A stretch of DNA of 31,702 bases from Thermoleophilia bacterium (GCA_035464075.1 DATHSP010000002.1:1-31702), one strand, 5' to 3'; shown: positions 17,149-25,386, counted from the first letter of the stretch. Notes: a model not told the origin generated them from the letters alone. Made by a program: numbers and translations.

Positions 17149-17922
17149 ATGGTCACGCCCGGACGACCTGGACGCCCGAGCCACCGGACCGAAGAGGGTC
17201 ATGCTCCCGGGCGCGCCGGCGCCGTGCTGCTCGTCGAGGACGGCGCGCTCGCTTCCGCGACGCTGGCGCGAGCGCTGGGGGCGAAGGGATTCTCCGCCGA
17301 GCGCGTGCGGGGGGCCGACGAGGGCGTCGCCGCGGCCCTGCGCGGGCCGTACGACCTCGTGCTCCTCGCCCTGACGGAGAGTTCGGGTATCGGTGCCTGT
17401 CGCGCGATCAGGGCGCGGGCGACCGTGCCGGTGATCGTCGTGAGCCCGGTCGACGACGAGGCCGAGCGCGTGGCTGGGCTGGAGGCGGGCGCGGACGACT
17501 ACGTACGGTCGCCCTTCACCGCCCGCGAAGTCGTGGCGCGCGTCGACGCGGTCTTGCGCAGGACCTGCGGTCGTGCCCGGCGCGACCTCGTCCTTCAGGA
17601 TATCGAGATCCACGTGGCCGAGCATGACGTCCTGGTCGCCGGCCGGCACGTCGAGCTCACGGCGCGCGAGTTCGAGGTGCTGCGCTACCTGGCCGAGCGC
17701 GCCGGCCAGGTCGTGACGCGACAGCGGCTGCTCGCCGACGTCTGGGGCATGGAGTTCCCCGGCGGGACGCGGACCGTGGACGTCCACATCGCCCAGGTAC
17801 GACGCAAGCTCGGCCGCCCAGCTGCGATCCGTACCGTGCGCGGCGTCGGGTACAAGGCGTTGCACTTCCCTGGGCAGGCCGAGCGCGCCGCCGGCCGGCC
17901 GGCGGAAGCCGCGGCCGTCTGA
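17149..17922 (+). CDS. OmpR/PhoB-family response regulator with a degenerate, probably non-phosphorylatable receiver domain
   Basis: Intact winged-helix output domain (LTAREFEVLRYLAERAGQVVTRQRLLADVWG...RTVDVHIAQVRRKL...IRTVRGVGY). In the receiver, the phospho-acceptor position reads LVLLALTES (Asp replaced by Ala). The conserved Lys in DYL.KPF reads DYVRSPF. GGGAGGAGG lies 7 nt before the ATG. No histidine kinase is within the window. Confidence 0.8.
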   Translation: MVTPGRPGRPSHRTEEGHAPGRAGAVLLVEDGALASATLARALGAKGFSAERVRGADEGVAAALRGPYDLVLLALTESSGIGACRAIRARATVPVIVVSPVDDEAERVAGLEAGADDYVRSPFTAREVVARVDAVLRRTCGRARRDLVLQDIEIHVAEHDVLVAGRHVELTAREFEVLRYLAERAGQVVTRQRLLADVWGMEFPGGTRTVDVHIAQVRRKLGRPAAIRTVRGVGYKALHFPGQAERAAGRPAEAAAV

Positions 17923-17924
17923 GT

Positions 17925-18020
17925 CGCCCCCAGCGACGGCGCCCGCCACACGACGTCGTCGCGACGGCGCCCGTCGGTGGACGTTGTCGCGTCGGCGTCC
18001 GGCGACGGGCGCCGTCGCGA
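17925..18020. promoter_or_regulatory. Cluster of a 13-bp motif GCGACGGCGCCCG: two direct copies (about 17933-17945 and 17961-17973) and one inverted copy (about 18006-18018). The last two form a 17-bp inverted repeat with a 26-nt spacer. Candidate operator or terminator between the response-regulator and small-membrane-protein genes.
   Basis: Read directly from the sequence. The cluster lies in the 150-bp gap immediately after the regulator stop and before the SD and ATG of the next gene. Confidence 0.35.
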
Positions 18021-18072
18021 GCGCGCCATGGTAGGTTGACGACCTGACGCCGATCGTCCGGGGAGGTACTCG

Positions 18073-18345
18073 ATGCCGTGCTGTGCGCTTCTGGCGCTGG
18101 GCTTGATAGGTCCGCGATTCGCGCTGTTCGTCATCTGGATCTTCAGCGACTGGCTGGGGCGGGCCTACGACTCCTTCATCTGGCCCTTCCTCGGCTTCCT
18201 TCTGCTGCCTTGGACGACGCTCGGCTACATGGTGGCGGCCAACTGGTACGACGGCCTCGAGGGCTTCGGCATCCTGTGGTTCGCGCTCGGCGTCACGGGG
18301 GACGTGCTCGCCTACACCGGCGGGGGCCGCCGCGCGTCGCACTGA
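18073..18345 (+). CDS. Small hydrophobic membrane protein (90 aa, 2-3 TM, Trp/Phe-rich)
   Basis: GGGGAGG lies 6 nt before the ATG. Third-position G/C is very high. The hydrophobic segments are FALFVIWIFSDWLG and GFGILWFALGVTG. Confidence 0.55.
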   Translation: MPCCALLALGLIGPRFALFVIWIFSDWLGRAYDSFIWPFLGFLLLPWTTLGYMVAANWYDGLEGFGILWFALGVTGDVLAYTGGGRRASH

Positions 18346-18383
18346 GCCGCGCGCGGCCGGGCGGCGCTCCGGATCCTGAGGCT

Positions 18384-18405
18384 GCGCGGCGCTCAACCGC
18401 CGCGC
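18384..18405. terminator. 8-bp perfect inverted repeat (GCGCGGCG-ctcaac-CGCCGCGC) between two convergent genes; candidate bidirectional terminator
   Basis: Read directly from the sequence. It lies between the stop of the 18073..18345 gene (+) and the stop of the zinc-ribbon gene (-). Confidence 0.35.
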
Positions 18406-18440
18406 CGCCGCCGGGCGTCCGGGTGCGCGCGGCTCCGTCT

Positions 18441-18615
18441 CAGGCGGCGCGTCCCGTCGCGACGCGCGTCTCTTCGCCGAACGGGTCCCACGGCTCGACC
18501 CCGGTCGCGCCGCAGCAGGGGCAGAGCAGGAGGCGGGCCGGGTCGCGGCAGGCGTCTCCGCCGACGGCGAACTCCTCACCACAGATGGGGCAGAAGAACT
18601 CGACGTGCTCGCTCA
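18441..18615 (-). CDS. Small zinc-ribbon protein (58 aa: MSEHVEFFCPICGEEFAVGGDACRDPARLLLCPCCGATGVEPWDPFGEETRVATGRAA). Absent from the ORF track because it is under 60 aa.
   Basis: ATG preceded by AAGGATGG about 9 nt upstream. Two Cys pairs, CPICG and CPCCG, about 20 aa apart, as in a rubredoxin-like zinc ribbon. High third-position G/C. Confidence 0.5.
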
Positions 18616-18656
18616 TGCGGGACCATCCTTAGCCGGGCACGGCCGGTCGGGGGAGG

Positions 18657-18699
18657 GGCGGCGAAGGGCGCAGTCCGGCACGGACTGCGCCCTTCGCCG
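18657..18699. other. Perfect 20-bp palindromic hairpin (GCGGCGAAGGGCGCAGTCCG / gca / CGGACTGCGCCCTTCGCCGC)
   Basis: Read directly from the sequence; the arms are exact reverse complements. It lies about 45 nt upstream of the zinc-ribbon gene start and about 375 nt downstream of the MFS gene stop, in a 450-bp region with no convincing ORF. Confidence 0.55.
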
Positions 18700-19072
18700 C
18701 AAGAGGGACCCGGTGTCGCGGGCCGGGCCCTCGAAGGAGACGGAGATGCGGCGGCGGCCGCAGTGGTGCCGTGGTCCGCACGAGCGCGCTGGTCGGGGGA
18801 GTCATCGGGACACTCTGGCTTCAGGGCATCGGCAGGGATGTGCCGCGGGCCTGTGGACTGGGGGATGCCCGCGGCTGGCGGGGGAGTGTCGCGCGCGTCC
18901 CTCACGAGCTCGTCGCGGCCGCCGCCGTCGAGAAAAGCCTGGCGGAGTCGCTGTCGCTGCTTGAGGCGCCGGTCCTTCATGGCGCCGTCAGTCTCGCGCG
19001 CGAACGTGAGCGGACGATGAGGGCGCGACTCGGCTGTGGTTAAGCCGGCGCCGCGCCCGGCCCCGGCGGCGC

Positions 19073-20380
19073 TCAGGTCCCCGCCGGCCCCGGTGCGGAC
19101 GGTCCCGCCGCCGCCGGCTCGGGATCGGCCGGGCGGAGCGCGGCCGCCGGTCTGAGGCGCCAGACGTCGCGCACGAGGAGCACCCAGAGTGAGGCGGCGA
19201 CACCGAGACCGGCCGAGAGCCAGCTCGCCGCCGTCACGCCGAGGACCTCGCTGGCGGGGCCGGCGACCGCCAGGCCGGCCGGCCACAGGGCGAGCGATGC
19301 CATCCAGTCCCAGGCCGTGACGCGGCCGAGCGCCTCGCGGGGGACCTGCGACTGGATCGTCGTGTTCCACACGGCGACGAGGACGCCGACACCGATGCCG
19401 CGCAGACCCTGGACGACGGCGAGTGCGAGCGGGCCGCCGCCGAGGGCCAGCGTCAGCGGTGCGAACACGGCGAGGCTGCCGGTGAGCGTCACCGTCACCA
19501 TCGGCCGCCGCGGCCGGTAGCGGAGGGCGACGCCCGCCCCGAGCAACATGCCGCCGCTCAAGACGCCCGAGACGATCCCCCAGGCGAGCGGACTGTAGCC
19601 CTGGTCGCGCAGGGCGATGGGCCCGAGCACCTGGAAGGGGGCGATGACGAGGCAGAGCACGAGCATCGCCCGCAGCAGCATCACCGAGAGCCAGGTGCGC
19701 GAGCGCACCTCGCGCCATCCGTCGTGGAGCTCCTTGGCGAATCGCTCGGGCGCCTGGCTGCGCACGAGGGCCGGCACGGCGAGACGGGTGAGGAAGGCGG
19801 CGCTGACGAGGAAGGTCACGCCGTCGACGGCGATCGCCCCGCCGGTGCCGACCGCGGCGACCAGGAGACCGGCGAACATCGGCCCCACGAACCACCCGAA
19901 GTTGTCGCTCATGCCCATCAAGGCGTTGGCCTGCTGAAGCCTGGGAACGGGGACGATCTGCGGCATGAGACCTCCCGCGGCGGGACGGAAGAAGGCCTCG
20001 GCCGACCCGTGGCAGGCGGCGAGCAGGGCGAGCTGCCAGATGCGGGCGGTGCCGGTCAGGAGGAGGGCGGCCGCGGAGAGCTGGACGGCCGCCCTGACGA
20101 GGTCGCTGGCGATCATGACGCGCTCGCGCCGCAGCCTGTCGGCCCAGACGCCGCCGACCAGCGAGAGGAGCGCCAGCGGCAGGCTCTGGGCGGCGAGGAC
20201 GAGGCCGAGGTCGGTCCCCGACCCGGTGAGCTCGAGCACCGCGAAGGTCAGCGCGACGGGGGTGATGCCGTCGCCGATGACGGAGACGGTCTGGGCGGCG
20301 AACAGGTTGCGGAAGTTGGGCAGGCGCAGCACGCCGAGGCGCGCGCCGCGCAGGCCGAAGCGCGAGGGGCCGTCGTCCAT
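19073..20380 (-). CDS. MFS transporter (DHA3/EntS-like efflux family)
   Basis: About 12 predicted TM segments. N-terminal LRLPNFRNLFAAQTVSVIGDGITPVALTFAVL matches the EntS/DHA3 family. Conserved WADRLRRERVM loop. Confidence 0.85.
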   Translation of the reverse strand: MDDGPSRFGLRGARLGVLRLPNFRNLFAAQTVSVIGDGITPVALTFAVLELTGSGTDLGLVLAAQSLPLALLSLVGGVWADRLRRERVMIASDLVRAAVQLSAAALLLTGTARIWQLALLAACHGSAEAFFRPAAGGLMPQIVPVPRLQQANALMGMSDNFGWFVGPMFAGLLVAAVGTGGAIAVDGVTFLVSAAFLTRLAVPALVRSQAPERFAKELHDGWREVRSRTWLSVMLLRAMLVLCLVIAPFQVLGPIALRDQGYSPLAWGIVSGVLSGGMLLGAGVALRYRPRRPMVTVTLTGSLAVFAPLTLALGGGPLALAVVQGLRGIGVGVLVAVWNTTIQSQVPREALGRVTAWDWMASLALWPAGLAVAGPASEVLGVTAASWLSAGLGVAASLWVLLVRDVWRLRPAAALRPADPEPAAAGPSAPGPAGT

Positions 20381-20497
20381 GGCCCGAGTCTACACGGCGA
20401 CCCCCAGGGCCGGCGTGGCCGGTTGCGCGAGCGGGAGCCGGGCGGGTCGCCGGCGTGGGCGCCGTCGCCAGTCAGCCGCGCCCGGGCGGCCGGCCGG

Positions 20498-21259
20498 TCA
20501 CGTCGACCGCGTCGCCCGGCGCGCCTCCCAGAGGGCAAGGGCGCCGGTCGCCGTGGCGAAGGCGAGCGTCACCGCGAGGCCGATCAGCAGGGGCCGCGCG
20601 CTCCAGCCCTCGTTCAGCAGGGCGCGCATCGCGTCGAAGACGTAGGTCGTCGGATTCACGGTGGCCGCGGCGCGCAGCCAGCCGGCCTCGATGTACTCGA
20701 GCGGCACGAAGGTCGCGCTGAGGAAGATGAGCGGGAAGAAGGCGAAGGTCGCCGCCTGCGTGGCCGCCGAGTTCTTGGTGCGCAGAGCCATGAAGGCGGC
20801 GTAGCCGGCGAAGGCCATGCCCCAGAGGAAGGCGTAGCCGACGACGGCGAGCATACCCAGCCAGCCGGTGGCCGGGTCGAGACCGAGCAGGAGGCCCAGG
20901 AGCAGGATGGCGAGCACCTGGGCCACCAGCAGGACGGCACTGGCGACCATGGGTCCCCACACGATGGCCAGCCGTGAGGCGGGCGTGAGCAGGACCTTGG
21001 TGAAATAGCCCGCCTCGATGTCGCGGATCAGCGCCTGCCCGGCGATGCCGGCGCCGCTGACCGCCGCCGAGACGATCGACACCGGCAGGATGAAGCCGAG
21101 GTACGAGCCCTGGAAGCCCGGGAGCCCGGCGACCGAGGAGAGCCCGCTGTTGTAGACGAACAGGAAGAAGACGCTGATCGCGACACTGGGGATGATCGCC
21201 GCGGGAACGCGCAGCGTGCCGGTGAGCGAGCGCCGGACCAGCAAGAAGACGTCGGTCAC
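20498..21259 (-). CDS. ABC-2 type transporter permease
   Basis: Six TM segments and the ABC-2 pattern (…GYFTKVLLTP…). Its start overlaps the stop of the upstream ATPase gene. Confidence 0.85.
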   Translation of the reverse strand: MTDVFLLVRRSLTGTLRVPAAIIPSVAISVFFLFVYNSGLSSVAGLPGFQGSYLGFILPVSIVSAAVSGAGIAGQALIRDIEAGYFTKVLLTPASRLAIVWGPMVASAVLLVAQVLAILLLGLLLGLDPATGWLGMLAVVGYAFLWGMAFAGYAAFMALRTKNSAATQAATFAFFPLIFLSATFVPLEYIEAGWLRAAATVNPTTYVFDAMRALLNEGWSARPLLIGLAVTLAFATATGALALWEARRATRST

Positions 21260-22308
21260 GGCTGCACCCCCCCGCCGGTGCGGGCTGGGTCGCCCTCGAC
21301 GCCGTCGCCGTCGATGCCGTCGCCGGCGGCCTCGGCGTGCCGGCCGGTGAGGCGCAGGAAGACGTCGTCGAGTGTCGGCTGAGCGACGGTGAGGCCGCGG
21401 AGGGCGAGGCCCGCATCGTCGACACGGCGGACGAGCGCCGGGACGAGCTCGGCCGCGACCGCGGCGTAGACGCGTACCTCGTCGCCGGAGACCTGGCGCT
21501 GTGGGGCCAGATCGGCGAGCAGGTCGTCGGCCCGCCCGGCGTCTCTCGCGTCGCCGAACTGCAGCTCGACGACCTCGTCGCCGACCCGGCGCTTCAGCTC
21601 GCGTGGCGTCCCCTCGGCGACGATCCTGCCGCGGTCGATGATCGCGAGGCGGTCGGCGAGGCGGTCGGCCTCCTCGAGGTACTGCGTGGTGAGGAAGACC
21701 GTGATGCCGCGCTCGCGATTGAGCCGCCGGACCTCCTCCCAGATGGCTACTCTGCTCACCGGGTCCAGGCCCGTGGTGGGCTCGTCGAGGAAGAGCACGA
21801 GGGGGTCGTGGACCAGCGCCAGCGCGAGGTCGAGCCGGCGCTTCATGCCGCCGGAGTACTCGCCGACGCGCTTCTTGGCCTCGACGTCGGCCAGGTCGAC
21901 GGTCACGAGGAGGCGCTCGGCGATGCGGTGCGCCTCGGCCCGCGAGGCTCCGAAGAGGCGCGCCTGCAGCACAAGCAGCTCGCGCGCCGTCATGAGCGTG
22001 TCGAGGCCGACCTCCTGCAGCGCGACGCCGATCGCCGAGCGGACCTCGTGACCCCGGTGCCGGACGTCGTAGCCGGCGACCAGCGCCTGCCCCGCCGTCG
22101 GCTGGAGTATGGTCGTCAGCATCTTGACGACGGTGGACTTGCCGGCGCCGTTGGGCCCGAGGAACCCGAAGACGGCGCCGCCCTCGACGCGAAGGTCGAC
22201 GTCGTCGACGGCGCGCAGGCTGCCGAAGTCCCGGCGCAGCGCGGTCGCGGTGATGCTGCGGTCGACCTCACCGTAGTGGGTCGTCACCTGGCCCTCGCCG
22301 TCCGCCAC
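21256..22308 (-). CDS. ABC transporter ATP-binding protein (DrrA-like exporter ATPase)
   Basis: Walker A GPNGAGKST, Q-loop, signature YSGGMKRRLDLALAL, Walker B LVLFLDEPTTGLD. AAGGAG lies 5 nt before the GTG. Confidence 0.9.
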   Translation of the reverse strand: MADGEGQVTTHYGEVDRSITATALRRDFGSLRAVDDVDLRVEGGAVFGFLGPNGAGKSTVVKMLTTILQPTAGQALVAGYDVRHRGHEVRSAIGVALQEVGLDTLMTARELLVLQARLFGASRAEAHRIAERLLVTVDLADVEAKKRVGEYSGGMKRRLDLALALVHDPLVLFLDEPTTGLDPVSRVAIWEEVRRLNRERGITVFLTTQYLEEADRLADRLAIIDRGRIVAEGTPRELKRRVGDEVVELQFGDARDAGRADDLLADLAPQRQVSGDEVRVYAAVAAELVPALVRRVDDAGLALRGLTVAQPTLDDVFLRLTGRHAEAAGDGIDGDGVEGDPARTGGGVQP

Positions 22309-22458
22309 GCGGTCTCCTTTGACCTCCGTTCACCGGGACTGCCGGAGCGTTCCCCGGCGGTCGTGAGGGCGAAACGGGTGCGAGGGACACGACTCGCCGA
22401 GGCGTCTCCGTCGGTGTAGTCTCGCCAGCGGAGTCCGTGGGTGGGGAAGGAGGGTGCT

Positions 22459-22660
22459 GTGAAGACCTGGATCGGACGGGTCGTCGGCGTGGTCGTCTGA
22501 ATCGTCCTCGTGGTCGCCGTGTGCGACTGGCTGTTCGACTGGCCGCAGTGGCTGGTCTGGTACGCGATCCCCGGGGCCATCGCCGCGATCAGCGTGATCT
22601 CGTGGGTGATCGAGGACGCGAAGAAGGCGCGGCGCCGGCGCGAGGCGACGGCCGCCTGAC
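22459..22660 (+). other. SD-driven small hydrophobic ORF interrupted by an in-frame TGA after codon 13 (…VVGVVV-TGA-IVLVVAVCDWLFDWPQWLVWYAIPGAIAAISVISWVIEDAKKARRRREATAA). Possibly a pseudogene, a recoded gene, or a leader peptide plus a small protein.
   Basis: GGAAGGAGGG lies 4 nt before a GTG at about 22459. The hydrophobic membrane-like frame continues through the TGA at about 22498-22500. My manual base count disagrees with the ORF track by 1 nt near 22620, so the exact frame and stop position need confirmation. Confidence 0.2.
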
Positions 22661-22792
22661 GCGCGTCGAGCCGTCCATCAGCGCGCGCGTGTGACTGTGC
22701 ACCGTCGACGCGCGCGGGCGACTCCCGACGTGCGCCCGCCGGCCTGGGGTCGCCCGGCGTGAGGCAGGCCCGGCGCCTCGCGCCGTCGTCCG

Positions 22793-24175
22793 TCAGGCCA
22801 CCCCGCACCAGCGCATCGTGAGGAGCGCCGTCGCGGCGGCGAAGTCGACGAGGTCGTCGATGCCCGCCCACTCGTCGATGGTGTGCAGCGTGTCGGCGGG
22901 GCCGGGGCCGAAGCAGACGCTCGGCGTGCCGCCGAAGTTGGTGAAGGTCGCACCGTCGTGCCAGCTGTCGAAGCCGTTGATGCGGCCGGCGCGGCCGACG
23001 GCCGCGCCGGCCGCCAGTGCCGTCGTCACGACCGGATGCGCGGGATCGACCTCGGCCGGGACGACGTCGCAGTCCCAGGACCAGCGCAGCGGGTGCTCGC
23101 GCAGCCAGGGGTCGACACGCGCGGCGTTCTCGACCGTCTCCGCGATCTCGCGCTCGAGGCCGCGCGCCGTGCCGTCATCGCCGACCTGACCCGGGGGGTA
23201 CATGACCTCGCAGGTGAGCCGGCAGCTCGCCGGGTAGGTGACCTCCCACTCGCCGCCGGCGATGACCGTCGGCACGATGTCGCCGGCGCTCACGTACGGG
23301 TGCTGCATGTCGGGTCGGCCGCGCCACTCCTCGCGCAGCCGCTCGATCGCGTCGAGCACGAGCCTCATCTTCTCGATCGCGTTCACGGCCCCGCCTGCCC
23401 GCCAATGGGGCTGGCGCATCTCGGCGTGGCCGGGACGGCCGTCGACGGCGATCGTCGGCGTGAGCGACCCACGGCAGGCGACCCAGACGTCGAAGTCGGT
23501 CGGCTCGGCGACCACCCCGGCGTCGGCCTTGACGCCGCGGCGCACGGCCGCCCAGCCGCCGGCTCCCGAGGACTCCTCGTCGGTGACGGTGCAGTAGACG
23601 ACGTCGCCGGCAAGACGCACGTCGAGCCGGCGTAGCACCTCGAGCGCGACGAGCATGCCGGCGAGCCCGCCCTTCATGTCGGCGATGCCGCGCCCGTAGA
23701 TGCGCCCGTCGCGGACCTCGGCGGCGAACGGGTCGCTCGACCAGAGCTCCTTCGGCTCGGCCGAGACCGCGTCGATGTGCCCGTTGAGGAGCAGGCTGCG
23801 GCCGCCACCCCGGCCCGCGAGGCGGGCCGCGAGCTGCGGCCGCCCTTCGAAGGTCAACTCGTCCGGCACGTGCCGGTTGCCCGTGCCGGTGCTCTCGGGC
23901 TCCCAGAGGTCGGTCTCTGCACCGATGGCCCGCAGACGCGCCTCGAGCAGGCGCTGCAGGCGCTCCTCGTCGCGTGGCGGGTCGCCGGCCTCGCGGGCCG
24001 TGGTGTCGAGCGCGACGAGCTCGCGCGTCAGCGCGACCAGCTCGTCGCGCCCCTCGGCCACGGCCGCGACCACGCGCTCCTCAAAGGCGCTCAGCGGCGG
24101 CGGAGCGGCTCGCTCCGCCGCGGGGGTCTGCTCTCCCTGCCCGCCGGTCGCCTGAGCGCGTCCGTCCCCCGCCAT
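22793..24175 (-). CDS. M20-family metallopeptidase (ArgE/DapE/acetylornithine deacetylase-like)
   Basis: LNGHIDAV, GRGIADMKGG, TDEESSG and the C-terminal dimerisation/His region are M20 signatures. Its ATG (MAGDGRAQ) overlaps the stop of the upstream M24 gene (TGATG). The 244-aa N-terminal extension in the track is a frame run-on. Confidence 0.85.
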   Translation of the reverse strand: MAGDGRAQATGGQGEQTPAAERAAPPPLSAFEERVVAAVAEGRDELVALTRELVALDTTAREAGDPPRDEERLQRLLEARLRAIGAETDLWEPESTGTGNRHVPDELTFEGRPQLAARLAGRGGGRSLLLNGHIDAVSAEPKELWSSDPFAAEVRDGRIYGRGIADMKGGLAGMLVALEVLRRLDVRLAGDVVYCTVTDEESSGAGGWAAVRRGVKADAGVVAEPTDFDVWVACRGSLTPTIAVDGRPGHAEMRQPHWRAGGAVNAIEKMRLVLDAIERLREEWRGRPDMQHPYVSAGDIVPTVIAGGEWEVTYPASCRLTCEVMYPPGQVGDDGTARGLEREIAETVENAARVDPWLREHPLRWSWDCDVVPAEVDPAHPVVTTALAAGAAVGRAGRINGFDSWHDGATFTNFGGTPSVCFGPGPADTLHTIDEWAGIDDLVDFAAATALLTMRWCGVA

Positions 24176-25374
24176 CAGACCACCGTCAGCGTCGCCGGGA
24201 ACCGGGCGGGGACCTCGACCCCGGTCTCGGTCGTGATCATCGTGTCGATGACGCCCACGCCCTCCTTGCGCGGGATGTCCCAGATCTGGACCTCCCAGTT
24301 GGCGACGAAGCCGGGGTCGAAGACGCCCTTCTCGAAGCCCTCCTCGTCGTTCAGGTAGACATGGCCGACCCAGTCGGGCGGCATCGTCGCGCCGAGGACG
24401 TAGCCGCCGACCCACCAGACGTACTCGCGCAGGCCGCCGGCGGCGTCGACCGCCGCGTCCATCAGCTCCTGAAGCCTCTGCGTCGGGTCGCCCGGCCGCA
24501 GCAGAGCCACGGTCTCGTCGCGCGCCGCGGCGAGCTTCGCCAGCTTCTCCGCCCAGAACGGGTTCTCGCCCAGAGAGAGCGCCCTCGCCGTGTTGCCGTG
24601 GTAGTGGTGGTAGGCGGCCGACATGTCGATCATCAGCAGTTCGCCTTGCTCGATGCGCCGCTCGGTCGCCGGGTGGTGGAAGTTGAACGTGTCGGGCCCG
24701 GTGCGCACCATCATGCGGATGCCGGGCTCGTCGCCACCGCGCTTCGCGCACTCGTAGTAGAGGAGACCCATGATCTCCTTCTCCGTCATCCCCGGCGCGA
24801 GGGTCGCGGCGAGGACCTCGTAGGCGGCGTCGGCGATCTCGAGCGCCTTGCGTGTGTACTCGATCTCCTTCGGCGACTTGACGAGGCGCGCGTGGTCGAC
24901 GATCCACGAACCGTCGACGACCTCGGTGGCGCCGGCGCCGGCCAGCCGGCCGGCCAGCTCCTGCAGGGCCGGCCCGCCCGGCGCCCAGCTCCAGTGCTCG
25001 AGCCCCACGCGTCCCTCGAGCAGCCCCCTGTCGCGCAGCGTCGCCGCCACGACCTCGGGACCCTCAGGGTAGTAGAACCCCTCCTCGCCGTACGTGACGC
25101 CGTCCTCGACCACCGGTGACCAGCCGGGGGCATGGTCCCAGGTGTCGAACATGATGGGCTTGACGGCGGCGTCGAGCGGGACGGCCAGACCGGTGACGTT
25201 GCGACCGTCCCACCAGACCGACTGGTGGCCCAGCAGATAGTAGAGGTTGGGCGGCGAGGTCACGTAGAGCAGCTCGACGCCCCGGCGTGCCATCTCCTCA
25301 CGCGTGCGCTCGAGGCGCGTCGCGTACTCCTGCCTGGCGAACGGCAGCTCCCAGCCCGCAGTGTCGTCAGTCAT
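24175..25374 (-). CDS. M24-family metallopeptidase (Xaa-Pro aminopeptidase / creatinase-like)
   Basis: Creatinase-type N-domain, then the pita-bread catalytic region with D…D…HHYHGNTARAL…E…E metal ligands. Confidence 0.85.
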   Translation of the reverse strand: MTDDTAGWELPFARQEYATRLERTREEMARRGVELLYVTSPPNLYYLLGHQSVWWDGRNVTGLAVPLDAAVKPIMFDTWDHAPGWSPVVEDGVTYGEEGFYYPEGPEVVAATLRDRGLLEGRVGLEHWSWAPGGPALQELAGRLAGAGATEVVDGSWIVDHARLVKSPKEIEYTRKALEIADAAYEVLAATLAPGMTEKEIMGLLYYECAKRGGDEPGIRMMVRTGPDTFNFHHPATERRIEQGELLMIDMSAAYHHYHGNTARALSLGENPFWAEKLAKLAAARDETVALLRPGDPTQRLQELMDAAVDAAGGLREYVWWVGGYVLGATMPPDWVGHVYLNDEEGFEKGVFDPGFVANWEVQIWDIPRKEGVGVIDTMITTETGVEVPARFPATLTVV

Positions 25375-25386
25375 GTCCTCCCCTCC

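Noticed and set aside
16926-17156. 76-aa minus-strand ORF in the leader upstream of the response regulator
   Set aside because: It is Pro/Gly-rich, has no SD, and overlaps the regulator's SD and start. It is more likely non-coding structured DNA.
17020-19895. 520-aa (17020..18582 -) and 439-aa (18576..19895 -) ORFs
   Set aside because: They are antisense or out of frame relative to the response regulator (canonical wHTH) and the MFS transporter (12 TM helices). They are R/P/G low-complexity.
19724-22419. Plus-strand ORFs 19724..20977, 19965..20645 and 21337..22419, and the minus-strand 317-aa ORF 20472..21425
   Set aside because: Shadows of the MFS, ABC-permease and ABC-ATPase genes, which have Walker A/B and TM signatures. 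20472..21425 is the permease gene read in the wrong frame.
22498-22500. Selenocysteine interpretation of the in-frame TGA in the small hydrophobic ORF
   Set aside because: No SECIS-like hairpin immediately follows. The flanking peptide is not a redox motif. No selenoprotein-synthesis genes are in the window. A TGG to TGA mutation or a sequencing error is the simpler explanation.
22437-22694. 85-aa ORF from the track (MGGEGGCCEDLDRTGRRRG…)
   Set aside because: It is Arg/Gly-rich with no hydrophobic core. The same DNA contains a much more protein-like hydrophobic frame, reported as a finding, so this frame is the likely artefact.
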